Shown: piece after piece, positions 1 to 11,814 of the stretch
Position numbering within the stretch: position 1 is the stretch's first letter
How the letters are laid out: each line of letters opens with the position of its first letter
From: Mobula hypostoma
Taxonomy: Eukaryota
Direction: 5' to 3'
Assembly: GCF_963921235.1 (NCBI RefSeq)
Contig: NC_086097.1
Location: 32,986,001 to 33,050,000, forward strand
DNA length: 64,000 nucleotides
The notes under the pieces: model-generated
What the model was told of the DNA's origin: nothing
Database searches by the model: none
The model's input: only the letters and a program-made list of their open reading frames with translations
Translations under genes and position numbers: made by a program

Positions 1-1935
1 CTGACTTGGGAAGTTAAGGACTACATAAAAGCCAAGGAAAGGGCATATAAGGTTGCAAAAGTGAGTAGGAAGCTGGATGACTGGGAAGCTTTTAAAATCC
101 AACAAAAGGCAACTAAAAAAGCTATAAGGAAAAAGAAGAAATATGAGGGCAGACTAGCAGATATCAAAAGTTTTTTTTCAGTTAATTAAAGAGTAAAAGA
201 GAGGTGAGAGTTGATATTGGACCACTGGAAAATGATGCTGGTGAGGTAGTAATGGGGGACAAAGAAATGGCAGATGAACTCAATGGGCACTTTTCAACTG
301 TCTTCACTGTGGAAGACACTAGCAGTGTGCCAGTGGTCTGTGAGTGTCAGGGAGTAGGAGTGAGTGCCATTGCTATTACAAAGGAAAAAGTACTGGGCAA
401 ACTCAAAGGTCTTAAGGTGGATAAGTCACCTGGACCAGATGGACTACACTCCAGAGTACTGAGAGTTTGCTGAAGAGATGATGGATCTATTGGTCATGAT
501 CTTTCAAGAAGCACTCGATTCTAGCATGGTCCTGGAGGACTGGAAGATTGCAAATGTCACTCTACTCTTTAAGAAGAGAGGAAGATAAAAGAAAGGAAAT
601 TATAGGCCAGTTAGCCTGAGCTCAGTGATTGGGAAAGTGTTGGAGTCTATTATTAAGGATGAGGTTTCGAGGTACTTGAAAACTAATGATAAAATAAGTC
701 AAAGTCAGCTGTAAAGGGAAACCTTGCCTGACAAATCTTTTAGAGTTCTTCGAGGAAGTAACAAGCAGGTTGGATAAAGGAGAAGCAGTGGATGTCATTT
801 ACTCGGATTTTCAGAAGGCCATTGGTAAGGTGCCACACACCTTGATAAGGTTTGATAAGATACTGGCATTGATAGCGGAATGGCTGACAGGCAGAAGGCA
901 GCGAGTGGGAATAAAAGGACACTTTTCTGGTTGGCTGCTGGTAAGTAGTGGTGTTCCTCAGGGGTCAGTATTGGAATTGTTGCTTTTCACATTGCTTGTC
1001 AATGACTTAGGTAATACAATTGATAGCTTTGTGGCAATGTTTGTGGATGATACGAAGATAGGTGGAGGGGGAGTTAGTGGGAAGTTAGTGCTGAGGAAGC
1101 AATGCGATTGCAGCAAATCTTAGACAAATTGGAAGAATGGGCAAAAATGGTGGCAGATGGATACAGTGTTGGGAAATGTGTGATAATGCTTTTTGATGAA
1201 AGGAACAATAGTGTGGACTATTATCTAAATGGGGTGAAGTTTCAAACATCAGAGGTGCAGAGGGCCTTAGGAGTCCTCGTTCAAGACTCGCAGAAGGTTA
1301 ATTTACAGGTTGAGTCTGTGGTAAAGAAGGCAAATACAATGTTGGCATTTATTTCAAGGGAAATAGAATATAAAAGCAAGTAAATAATGCTAAGTCTTTA
1401 TAAGACATAGGTTTTGGCCACACTTAGAGTTTTGGGCACCATTACTCAGAAAGAACATGTTGTCATTGGAGACAGTCCAGAGGAGGTTCACAAGAATGAT
1501 TCTGGGAATGAAGTGGTTAACATATGAGGAGCATTTGGCAGCTTTGGACCTGTACTCATTGGAATTTAGAAGAATGTGGGAAGATCTCATTGAAACCTAC
1601 CGGGTGTTGAAAGGATTAGAGTGGATGTGGAGAAGATGTTTCCTATGATGGGGGTAGCCAGAACTAAAGGGCACAACCTCAAAATTGAGGGGCTATCCCT
1701 TAGAACAGGTAAGGAGGAATATTTTTAGCTGGCGTGTAGTAAATCTGTGGAGGCCAAGTCCATGCATACATTTAAGAAGAAAATTGATTGTTTCCTGATC
1801 GGTCAGGGCATCGAAGGATATGGTGAGAAGGCAGGTGTATGGGGGTGAGTGGGATCCGGGATCAGCCATGATGGAATGGCAGAGCAGACTCGATGGGCTG
1901 AATGGCCTAATTCAGTTCCTATATCTTATGGTCTT
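1..1935 (+). mobile_element. CR1 LINE, decayed ORF2 3' part and 3' end (cut by window start)
   Basis: Fragmented ORFs with KSPGPDG, SGVPQGSVL, FVDDTK and VQRRFTRMI motifs. CR1-type 3' terminus (gggctgaatggcctaattc...tcttatggtctt). Confidence 0.92.
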
Positions 1936-2981
1936 AATTGTCTTATTTTGTTAAGTAGCTTCACATATGGCACCTTGTCAAAAGCCTTCTGAAAATCTAA
2001 GTAAACAACATCCACTGACGATCCCCCCCGCCCCCCCCCCATCTATCGTATTTGTTATTCCCTCAAAGAATTCCAACAGATTTGTTAGGCAAAAGTTCCT
2101 TTTAAGGAAACCATGCTGACTTTGGCCTGTTTTATCTTGTACCTCCAGGTACCCCCTAACCTCATCCTTAATGACGGATTCCAATGTCTTCCCAACCACT
2201 GAAGTCAGACTAATTGGCCTATAATTTCCTTTCTTTTGCCTCCCTCCCTTAAAGACTGGAGTGACAGTTACACTTTTCTGGTCATCCGGAACCATGCCAG
2301 AATCTAATGATTCTTGAAAGATAGTTACTTTTGTCTCTACAATCTCTTTAGTTACCTCTTTCTGAACCCTGGGGTGTAGTCCATCTGGTCCAGGTGATTT
2401 ATCTATAGTGCCTCCAGACTTTTCATTTTGTCAAGTACCTTCTACTTAGTAATAGCAAGTACACTCACTCCTGCCCACTGACACTCTTTAATTTCTACAT
2501 ACTACTTGTGTCTTGCGCAGTGAAGACTGATGCAAAATGCTAATTAAATTTGTCTGCCATTTCTTTGTCCCCCATTGCTATCTCTCCAGCGTCATTTTCC
2601 AGTGGTCCGATATCCACTGTTGCCTCTCTTTTATTTTCTATATATCAGAAAAACTTCTGTTATCCTAATTTACATTATTTTATTTATTTATTCAGCAATA
2701 CAGTGCGGAGTAGGCCCTTCTAGCCCTTTGAGCCATATCGACCTAGCAACCCTTGACAAACCCAATTAACCCTAACCTAATCGCGAGACAATCTACAATG
2801 ACTAGTTAACCTACCCAGTATGTCTTTGGACCATGGGAAAAGACCAGAGTACCCAAAGAAAACCAAAGCAGTCCACGGAGAGTGAACAACAGGAATTCTG
2901 CAGATGCAGGAAGTTCAAGCAACACACATCAAAGTTGCTGGTGAACGCAGCAGGCCAGGCAGCATCTCTAGGAAGAGGTAC

Positions 2982-3017
2982 GGTCGATGTTTCAGGCCGA
3001 GACCTTTCGTCAGGACT
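2982..3017 (-). ncRNA. Minimal type I hammerhead ribozyme motif in the PLE left arm
   Basis: Reverse complement reads aGTC-CTGACGA-aAGGTctcgGCCT-GAAAC-ATC-GACc: CUGANGA and GAAA core boxes, stem II, an NUH triplet and GTC/GAC stem I. Confidence 0.72.
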
Positions 3018-4185
3018 AACGGAAGGAAGAGTGAGTAAGAGATTTGAAAGTTGGAGGGGGAGGGGGAGATCCAAAATGATAGGAGAAGGCAGGAGGGGTA
3101 GGAATGGAGCCAAGAGCTGGACAGGTGATTGGCAAAAGGGATACGAGAGGATCATGGGACAGGAGGTCCGGGAAGAAAGACGGGCGGGGGGGGGGGGAAC
3201 CCAGAGGATGGGCAAGGGGTATATTCAGAGGGACAGAGGGAGAAAAAGGAGAGGGAGAGAAAGAATGTGTGTATAAAAAATAAATAACAGATGGGGTACG
3301 AGGGGGAGGTGGGGCATTAGCGGAAGTTAGAGAAGTCGATGTTCATGCCATCAGGTTGGAGGCTACCCAGACGGAATATAAGGTGTTGTTCCTCCAACCT
3401 GAGTGTGGCTTCATCTTTACAGTAGAGGAGGCCGTGGATAGACATGTCAGAATGGGAATGGGATGTGGAATTAAAATGTGTGGCCACTGGGAGATCCTGC
3501 TTTCTCTGGCAGACAGAGCGTAGGTGTTCAGCAAAGCGGTCTCCCAGTCTGCGTTGGGTCTCGGCAATATATAAAGGGCCACATCAGGAGCACCGGACGC
3601 AGTATATCACCCCAGCCGACTCACAGGTGAAATGTCGCCTCACCTGGAAGGACTGTCTGGGGCCCTGAATGGTGGTAAGGTCCTCCCTCTCTGTCCGCCA
3701 GAGAAAGCAGGATCTCCCAGTGGCCACACATTTTAATTCCATATCCCATTCCCATTCTGACATGTCTATCCACGGCCTCCTCTACTGTAAAGATGAAGCC
3801 ACACTCAGGTTGGAGGAACAACACCTTATATTCCGTCTGGGTAGCCTCCAACCTGATGGCATGAACATCAACTTCTCTAACTTCCGCTAATGCCCCACCT
3901 CCCCCTCGTACCCCATCTGTTATTTATTTTTTATACACACATTCTTTCTCTCCCTCTCCTTTTTCTCCCTCTGTCCCTCTGAATATACCCCTTGCCCATC
4001 CTCTGGGTTTCCCCCCCACCCGTCTTTCTTCCCGGACCTCCTGTCCCAGGATCCTCTCGTATCCCTTTTGCCAATCACCTGTTCAGCTCTTGGCTCCATC
4101 CCTACCCCTCCTGCCTTCTCCTATCATTTTGGATCTCCCCCTCCCCCTCCAACTTTCAAATCTCTTACTCACTCTTCCTTCCGTT

Positions 4186-4221
4186 AGTCCTGACGAAAGG
4201 TCTCGGCCTGAAACATCGACC
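4186..4221 (+). ncRNA. Minimal type I hammerhead ribozyme motif in the PLE right arm
   Basis: agtc CTGACGA(4190-4196) aaggtctcggcct GAAA(4210-4213) c atc gacc. Identical to the left-arm copy. Confidence 0.72.
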
Positions 4222-5822
4222 GTACCTCTTCCTAGAGATGCTGCCTGGCCTGCTGCGTTCACCAGCAATTTTGATGTGTGTTCCACGGAGACTGATGTGT
4301 GTTGTTTGAATTTCCAGCATCTGCAGAATTCCTCGTGTTTGCGAGAGTATATACACAGACTCTTTAGAAAATTGAGCTCTGAATGCCCTGAGGTGTAATA
4401 GCATTGTGATAACTGCTACGTGACCATAGTGCCTAATTGGCTAGCTTATCTTCCTAGCTCATCTTTTCTGTCCTTACAGATTTTTAGTTGCCTTCTGTTA
4501 GTTTTTAAAAACTTCCCAATCCTCTAACTTTTGTTATATTTCATGCCCTCTCATTTGCTTTTATGCTGTCTTTGACTTTCTTGTCAGCCACAGTTGCCTC
4601 ATCCTCCTTTTAGAAAACTTCTTCATCTTTGGGATGTATCTATCCTGTGTCTTCCAAATTGCTACCAGAATCTCTAGCTGTTGTTTTTCTGCCATCATCA
4701 CTGCTTGTGTCCCCTTTCAAGCAATTCTGGCCAACACTTCTCTCATGCTTCTGTATTTCCCTTTACTCCACCTTAATACTGATACATCTGACTTTAGCTT
4801 CTCCCTCTCAAATTGGAGGGTAAATTCTATCACATTGGCATCATTTCCTGTTGAGGATTCCTTTACTTAAGCTCTCTAAGCAAATCTGGTTCATCACACA
4901 ACACCCAATCCAGAAATGCCTCTCCGCTAGTGGCCTCAACCACAAGCTGCTCTAAAAAGCCATCTCATAGGCACTCTACAAATTCAATCTCTTAAGATCC
5001 AGCATCAACCTGGTTTTCCCAGTCTACCTGCATATTGAAATCCCCATGACTATCTAAACATTGCCCTTTTCACATGCCTTTCTATCTCTCATTGTAATTT
5101 GTATCCCACATCTTGGATACTGTTCAGAGGCCTGTATGTATCTTCCAATAGGGTCTTTTAACCCTTGCAGTTTCTTAATTCTACCCACAAGGACTCTACA
5201 TCTTCCAATCCTGTGTTACCTTTTTCTAAGGATTGGATTTTCATTTTTTACCAACAGAGCCACCTGTCTGTCTACCTGTCTGTCCTTTCGATGTATTGTG
5301 GATCCTTGGATGTTAAGCTCCCACCTATGATCTTCTTTCTGCCACACTCAGTGATGCCCACATCATACCGACCAATCTCTTAACTGTGCTACAAGATCAT
5401 CTACCTCATTCTGTATACTGTGTACATTCAAATATAACATCTCCAGTCCTGATTTCATCACTCTTTTCAATGTTGCTCCCATGTTACACTTTCTATCATC
5501 CCACTGACTGCAATTTTCCCCTATCATCAGCTTATCCTTCTTCACAGACTCACCACGGACTTCATCTACTTGCATACCAACTACTTCATCCTCTGGCCTA
5601 TCACTTCAGTTCTCATCCCCCTGCCAAATTATTTTAAACCGACAGCTGTAGCAAATATGCCTGCAAGGATATTGGTCCCTTGGGTTCAGGCAGGTGTAAC
5701 ACATCCTTCTGGAAAAGGTCATACCTTCCTAGAAGAGATCCCAATGATCTAGAAACCTGAAACCCTGTCGCCTGCACCAATTCCTCAGTCACAGATTCAT
5801 TTGCCAAATCATCCTATTCCTG

Positions 5823-6592
5823 CACGAACAAGAGAAAATCTGCAGATGCTGGAAATCCAAGCAACACACACAAAATGGTGGAGGAACTTGGCAGGCCAGA
5901 CAACATCTATGAAAAAGAGTAGTTGACTTTTTGGGCCAAGACCCTTCAGCAGGACTGGAGAGAAAAAGATGAGGAGTCAGAGTTAAAAGGGAGGGTAGGA
6001 AGAAACTCAAGGTGATAGGTGAGTGGGGAGAGGTGAAGTAAAGAGCTGGGAAGTTGATTGGTGAAAGAGATACAGCGCTGGAGGAGGGGGAATCTAATAG
6101 GAGAGGACAGAAGGCCATGGAAGAAAGAAAAAGGGGGAGGAGTGCCAGAGGGAGGTGTTGGGCAGGCAAGGTGATAAGGTGACAGAGGGAAGGGGGATGG
6201 GGAATGGAGAAGGAGGAGGGGGCATTAAGTTCGAGAAATCAATGTTCATGCCAGCTGGTTGGAGGCTATCCAGATAGAGTATAAGATCTTGCTCCTCCAA
6301 TGTGAGTAGCCTCATCACAACAGTAAAGGAGGCCATGGATGGACATGTTGGAATGGGACTGGGAAGTGGAATTAAAATGGGGGCCACTGGGAGATCCCGC
6401 TTTTTCTGGCAGACAGAGCATTGGTGCTTGGCCAAGCAGTCTTCCAATCTACGTCAAGTCTCACCGATATACAAGAGGCCACACTGGGAGCACTGGATAC
6501 AATAGATGACCCCAACAGACTTGCAGGTGAAGTGTCGCTTTACCTGGAAAGAATGTTTGGAGCCCTGAATGGTAATGAGGGAGGAGGTGTGG
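5823..6592 (-). mobile_element. Penelope-like element 3' fragment (older copy)
   Basis: Minus-strand HFTCKSVGVIYCIQCSQCGLLYIGET (GIY-YIG) and LEEQDLILYLDSLQPAGMNIDFSN. Same 3' terminal sequence (ccagcatctgcaga) as the 2884-4342 arms. Degenerate hammerhead at ~5922-5957. Confidence 0.88.
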
Positions 6593-7369
6593 GAACATCC
6601 CTGAACCCTGGCACCCAGGAGGCAGCAGACCATCTGGGTTTCTCTTTCATGTCCACAGAATATCCTTTTTGCTCCTCTGTCTATGGAATCCCCTATCAGT
6701 ACTGCACTCCTCTTACCCCTTTTTCGCTTCTGAGCCACAGGCCAGACTCAGTACCAGAGAGATCGTCGATGTGTCTTCCACCTGGTAGATCGTTTCTCCC
6801 CACCGACAGTATCCAAAGCAGTATACCTATTATTGAAAGGAATCGTCACAGGGGTACTCTGCAATGGCTTTCTTTTCCTATTCCTCCTTCTGACAGACAC
6901 CCAGGTACCTTCTTTATGCAACTTTGAGGCAACTACCTCCATGTAGCTCCTATCTATCACTTCCTCATTCAACCGTATAACCTGAAGATCATCCAGCTGC
7001 AGCTCTAGTTCCTTAACATGGTCTCTAAGGAGCTGCAGTTTGATGCACTTCATGCAGATGTTATTATCGGAGAGACTGGATGTCTCCTAGGGTTCCCACA
7101 TCTCACACATAGAACATACTACTAACCCTGGATCCATTCTCACCACACTTGCTATGTACTGATGAGGAAAGAAAGGGAAAATAAACTTACTAGGAATTTA
7201 CTTCGAGCCTCTTGTCTTTTTTTGCCCAAGCCTGTTGAGCCAAAACTTGACTATGACAATGTCCACTTCAACAACAGCTTATCATGCAAAGGCTGCTCCA
7301 CTTACACCTCGCTTCTTCTTATTGGCCTTTGTCTAGTGCCCAATAGATCGTTATGATTACAAGCCGCTG

Positions 7370-7628
7370 AAAGTCCCGAAATGCCCCAAGCTTTTGTTTA
7401 AACCTCGTGCCACCTCAGCCAAACAAGCTACTGCTTGCGATAATTATAGCCTGCCAAATTGTCCTGAAAGGCTGAGCTCTTTTTAAACCTCATGCCATCT
7501 CAGCCAAACAGGTGACTGCTCACAGTGATTGCAATGTGCTGAAAAGTCCCAAATGGCCCTGAGCTCTTTTTAAACCTTGCACTGCCCCAACCAAACAAAC
7601 AATTGCTTGCGATGATTGCAGCCTGCAG
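7370..7628 (-). repeat. Three diverged ~85-bp tandem units at the 5' end of the CR1
   Basis: Recurrent gagctctttttaaacct...c(a)gccaaaca...tgct..gat(g/a)att blocks at about 7390, 7475 and 7560. Confidence 0.75.
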
Positions 7629-7749
7629 ATAAGATGGGCTCTTGACCTCACAATCTACCTAGTTATGGCCTTGCACTTTATTGTTTACCTAAACCGCAAT
7701 TTTTCTGTACCTGTAACAATTTATTCTACATCCTGTTCTTCATCAATAT

Positions 7750-8545
7750 GTAGTGGATTCCAGTTAATTGCACCATAGGTTAATCGATGTAACTGCTTAT
7801 TTGGGACAACTCAAAGAAAAAAAAATCAATCAAGAAATTTGTTGGGATTCCCTTCATGTATTTTAATTTGACACTGTTCCGCTTAATTGGAGCAGGAGTC
7901 TGTTGCCGAACAAGTTCTAGCTATCAGCCATGCACACTTGTGTGGCAATTAGATGCTTAGAGCAAACAGTTTTAAAGTAGTGTCAGTTGTGCGTGTTTGC
8001 GTTTAAAAAGCAGTTATTTTTGACACTGATCATTGGCAAGAAATAAGCAATAAGACAATTTGGAACTGTTTTGCTCACTGTGGTTTCAAGCATTCGGGCT
8101 TAGAGATGCTGGAAACGGCCAGGGAGTGAAAATTAAACAATTTCACTACTGCAACAAGTTAGGAACTGTGAAGAATTTGAAGATATTGACAATCATCTTG
8201 AATGCTAGTGAAAATGAAGATTTGGAGGATGCAAACAAAGACAGCATTGTATGAGAGCAGTCCATTATCTGCACTGCGTCTGTGCACTGATTTGGTCATT
8301 GCAGATACTGGCTGAATTCCTCCATTGGTGACTATTAGCAGCTAATACATAGTTTTAGTAGTACTGTAGTAATATTGGTAGTGTTCTTATTTGTTCTGTA
8401 TTTCATTTAAATACATAAATTGTTACTCAGTTAAATGGTAGTTTGTATTTTTTAATACTTTTTAACTATTTTCCTGAAATTTTGACTAATCGGGGAAGTT
8501 GCTTAATTGGGCCAAAATGTACTGATCCCGATGTGTCCCAGTTAT
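7750..8545. mobile_element. Non-autonomous Tc1/mariner (Tigger/pogo-like) DNA transposon remnant
   Basis: Starts tagtggattccagttaattg and ends with a partly complementary ...gcttaattgggcc...tgtcccagtta. Internal acidic ENEDLED remnant. Family call is from recalled resemblance. Confidence 0.45.
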
Positions 8546-8869
8546 CTTGGTCACTGAACTCTGCAATGATTTAATCTGTGTGAACAATATTTAAGACAAG
8601 CCTTTCACTGTATCTTGGTACATGTGACAATAACAAACCAGTTCCAATTACAGAAATAGACACTATTATGAGCCATGTCAGGCCAATGGTTAGCTTCCAT
8701 CTCCTGCTTCACCTTTAAGACACCAGATATCCCAGTATCTAAAACTTACACAATGGTTTCTCTGTTGAGGTAGCCTAGTTTTCTACTGTTTGGTGCTTAC
8801 TCTGCATTTGCCCTTGAGCTGGAAAACCACTGTTCATCTTAGTTGGCTTCATCTTAATCGTCTCAGTTG

Positions 8870-9393
8870 CTTTTCTTGAGATTGCAAGACTCTGTTGATT
8901 AATGTGCAACGCTGCACGTTCAATTCACTGGTTTATGGGTGAATGGCAGGGTGGACAGCAGGGGAGCTGCATGGCCTTGGTTGTAATGAAAACTAGGCCT
9001 CAAGCTGCAGTGTTGCCTGTTTGCAGCTGCCCAGGAGAGTGGCGCAGGAATCGGTGTGCTCTACCAGTGTGCCAGAGGTGGGGTGGCGCAGCATATAGGC
9101 TGGAATTGGTGCTGCCCTGCAGTGTTTGCCTGGCAGAAGACAAGGTTTATTGTGCTTGACTGCAGATTGCTGCACCATACATGGACTCAGGGACACTTGC
9201 ACTAATATTCCTTTTCTTTTTGTTTTGTTACTTTATTTTACTGCTATCTTGTATGTGCTGTGTGTGCCTTGTGCTGTGTATGGTTTCTGGTACTGTGTGT
9301 TGCATCTTGGTCCCAGAGTAATGTTGTTTTGTTTGGCAGTATTCATAGTATTCATGTATAGTTGAATGACAATTAAGCTTAAACTTGAACTTG
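8870..9393 (+). repeat. Unclassified non-coding interspersed repeat, 5'-truncated copy
   Basis: Similar to the reverse complement of 41045-41620. Ends gttgaatgacaattaag..aaacttgaacttg. Confidence 0.7.
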
Positions 9394-10217
9394 TGAATAA
9401 TGCTATTCCCATTTGGGCCACATGATGGCAATTGAATCTACCATTTTTGATATCCACCAACTGCAAAACTTGAAGAATTGAAGGTGTGTGTGTGTTTATA
9501 TGCGCGTACATGTACGTGAGGTATTATATTGTGTAACTGGCCTCTCACTTCATTGTCAGCCACCAACCGTCTCACCCCCAGTCTATCTGTTGGAAACCTT
9601 TTATAGCACCAGTGACTTGTGCTCAATTCCACTGCTGTCTGTAAGAATTTAGAACATAAAGCATAGTACATTGCAGCACAATGCAGTCCCTTTGGCCCAC
9701 AAAGTTGTGCTAATCTTTTAACGTAATCTAAGGTCTTTGTAACCCTACCCTTCTACGTAGCTGTCCATTTTTCTATCCTCCATGTGCCTATCTATGAGTC
9801 TCTTAAATGTGAGTAATCTGTCGCTCCTGACAATATGTTCCACACTCGGACTACTCTTTACGTATGTGTGATATTTCATTAAATACCATGCTATATCTCA
9901 ATTAAAGAATTCACTGAAGTGGATGTAAGAGTAGATATTCGGAAAACTTGGAGCATTGCACTGACCTGCTGTATAGCTCTGGCTGTCCAGGACACTGTAT
10001 AACCCCTCACAGTGCTCTGGCTGTCCAGGACACTATGTACAATGCCTCATACTACCCTGGCGGTTCAGTCCAGAGTATTAAGTTTTACAGTTCTCACTGG
10101 GAACACAATGATAGTGGTATATTTGCGGAACATCTGATTCTTTGCAGCATTGTTATATGCTGCAAAATAGCATTAATATTGTTTACTTTTTAATTTGTGC
10201 TGTAAATGCACCTTATG

Positions 10218-11810
10218 CTAAATGTCCAAAGAACTGATTATGGACCTCAGAAAGGGTAAGATGAGGGAGCACACATCAGTCCTCATTGAGGGATTAGAAG
10301 GAGTGAGCAACTTCAAGTTCCTAGGTGTCAATATCTCTGAGGATTTGTCCTGGACCCAACATATTGATGTAGCTACTGTGACGACAGACCAAATTATCAG
10401 AAGATTGATGCCGATAAGAGGACAATGGGGGAACATTCAGAAATGTTAATGAGAGACGAGAGGGATTAACGAAAAGGAGACACAGTTCCGAGTATTGTCA
10501 GAGACCGGTGGCTTTGAGCCCTGAACTGTTTGAAGTTTGATGGGCAGGCGATACCCCAACAGGGGGATAAAAAGGGACAGGTTCGCTAAGGCAACGGACC
10601 CACAACACCACGAGGTAACGAGACTCTGGAAGCGGTGTGCCCCCACAAGTTGGTGCGAGTTTTGGAGGTCTGGTCGCGGGACCAGCCATAGACGCACAGG
10701 GTGGAAAGATACGGTTGGGCGGGAACCTGGTGTGTGTGTCCGCCCTTGCCTGGGTGCCGGGTTCACCGCAGAAGAACGATCGTATCTGAAACGGAGGGGT
10801 CACAGTCGGTGACCTCAGAAGACATTACAAAGGGCTCGCCCGAAAGCTAACTGCGAGGAATATCGAAGGTCTGTTTGGAATCCGTTTTGAATATTCATTC
10901 GCTTTTGCTCTCTCTCTTCTCCCCGCCCCAACGGCACAACAGCGATTACTGCGAACTGAACTAAATTGAACTGAACTTTGCCTCACTTGAAACTGATCAT
11001 TTACCCCTAGACTGCGATAGAGCTTGATTGATCCTATTATTGTAGTTCCGTGTACATGTGTGTTTATTCATTGCTAACCTATTGCATTTATATCCTTACT
11101 ATTAGAGCACTGTGTTGCTTATTTCTTTAATAAAACTTTCTTAGTTCCAGTAATCCAGACTCCAACTAAGTGGTCCATTTCTGCTGGTTTGGCAACCCAG
11201 TTACGGGGTACATAACACTACAAAGAAGGCACAGCAGTGGCTATATCTCATTTGGAGTCTGAGGACATTTGGTTTGCCACCAAAGGCACTCGCAAATTTC
11301 TACAGATATACTGTGGAAAGCATTCTAACTGGCTGCATCACCATCTTGTGTGTGTGGGGGGGGTGGTGCGGGGGAAGGCTACTGCACAGAATCAAAATAA
11401 GCTAGAGAGTTGTACACTTAGGCATTGGGCACCAGTATTCAGTATTCAGGGCATCCTCAAGGAGTTTCAAAAAGATGGCATCCATCATTAAGGACCCTGA
11501 TCACCCAGGTCATACTTTGATCTCATTGCTACCATCAGGGTGGAGGTACAGGAACCTGAAGGCACACGCTCAATGATTCAGGCACCGCTTCTTCCCCTCT
11601 GCCATCCAATTTCTAAATGGACATTGAACCTGTGTACGCTGCCTCACTACATTTTTATTATATCTATTTTTGTACAACTTGTTTAATTTAACTTTAATAT
11701 TTATATACTTACTGTAATTCATGTTTTTCACTATTATATATTGCATTCTACTGCTGTCAAAGACAACAGATTACATAACATATGCTGGTGATATTAAATC
11801 TGATTCTGAT
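10218..11810 (+). mobile_element. Rex1/Babar LINE 3' fragment interrupted by a solo LTR
   Basis: KELIMDLRK..FKFLGVNISEDLSWTQHI (10222-10376) resumes as KKAQQWLY after 11218. Tail aaatctgattctgat. Confidence 0.85.
10377..11217 (+). mobile_element. Solo LTR, 841 bp
   Basis: TG...CA ends (tgtgac...ataaca). Perfect 4-bp TSD ctac at 10373-10376 and 11218-11221. TATA-like gataaaa at ~10566 and AATAAA at ~11129. Confidence 0.9.
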
Positions 11811-11814
11811 GTCG

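Larger units (their letters stand above)
2884..4342. mobile_element. Penelope-like element (PLE) insertion as a head-to-head inverted repeat
   Basis: 2885-3518 is the near-perfect reverse complement of 3689-4340, with a ~170 bp spacer. Encodes a GIY-YIG endonuclease C-terminus (VIYC..C..CGPLYIAET..RLGDRFAEH; RLEEQHLIFRLGSLQPDGMNI). Candidate TSD gagagt at 2878-2883 and 4343-4348. Confidence 0.9.
2680..4433 (-). mobile_element. tRNA-derived SINE split by the Penelope insertion (pieces ~2680-2883 and ~4349-4433)
   Basis: Pieces resemble the SINE copy at 49385-49603 (aacctac..tctttgga..tggga..; acagactc(t/c)tta). They join across the insertion. Confidence 0.65.
1941..7628 (-). mobile_element. 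CR1 LINE (5' UTR, ORF1, APE and N-terminal RT), interrupted by a SINE and two Penelope insertions
   Basis: Minus-strand ORF pieces: NYRPISLTSVVGK/SQHGF (1978-2295), APE start LYLNVHSIQN (5363-5575), ORF1 SGNH LIGDS (~6700) and zipper CIKLQLLRDHVKELELQL (6748-7053). Sequence reads contiguously across the 2670-4435 insertion. Confidence 0.88.

Noticed and set aside
2811..4404. Mirror-image ORFs of 100-147 aa on both strands
   Set aside because: Products of the Penelope inverted repeat's low-complexity purine/pyrimidine region, not genes.
9976..10034. 21-bp direct repeat gctctggctgtccaggacact with a 17-bp spacer (CRISPR-like look)
   Set aside because: Only two units, vertebrate context and no cas genes. 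It is a small decayed minisatellite.
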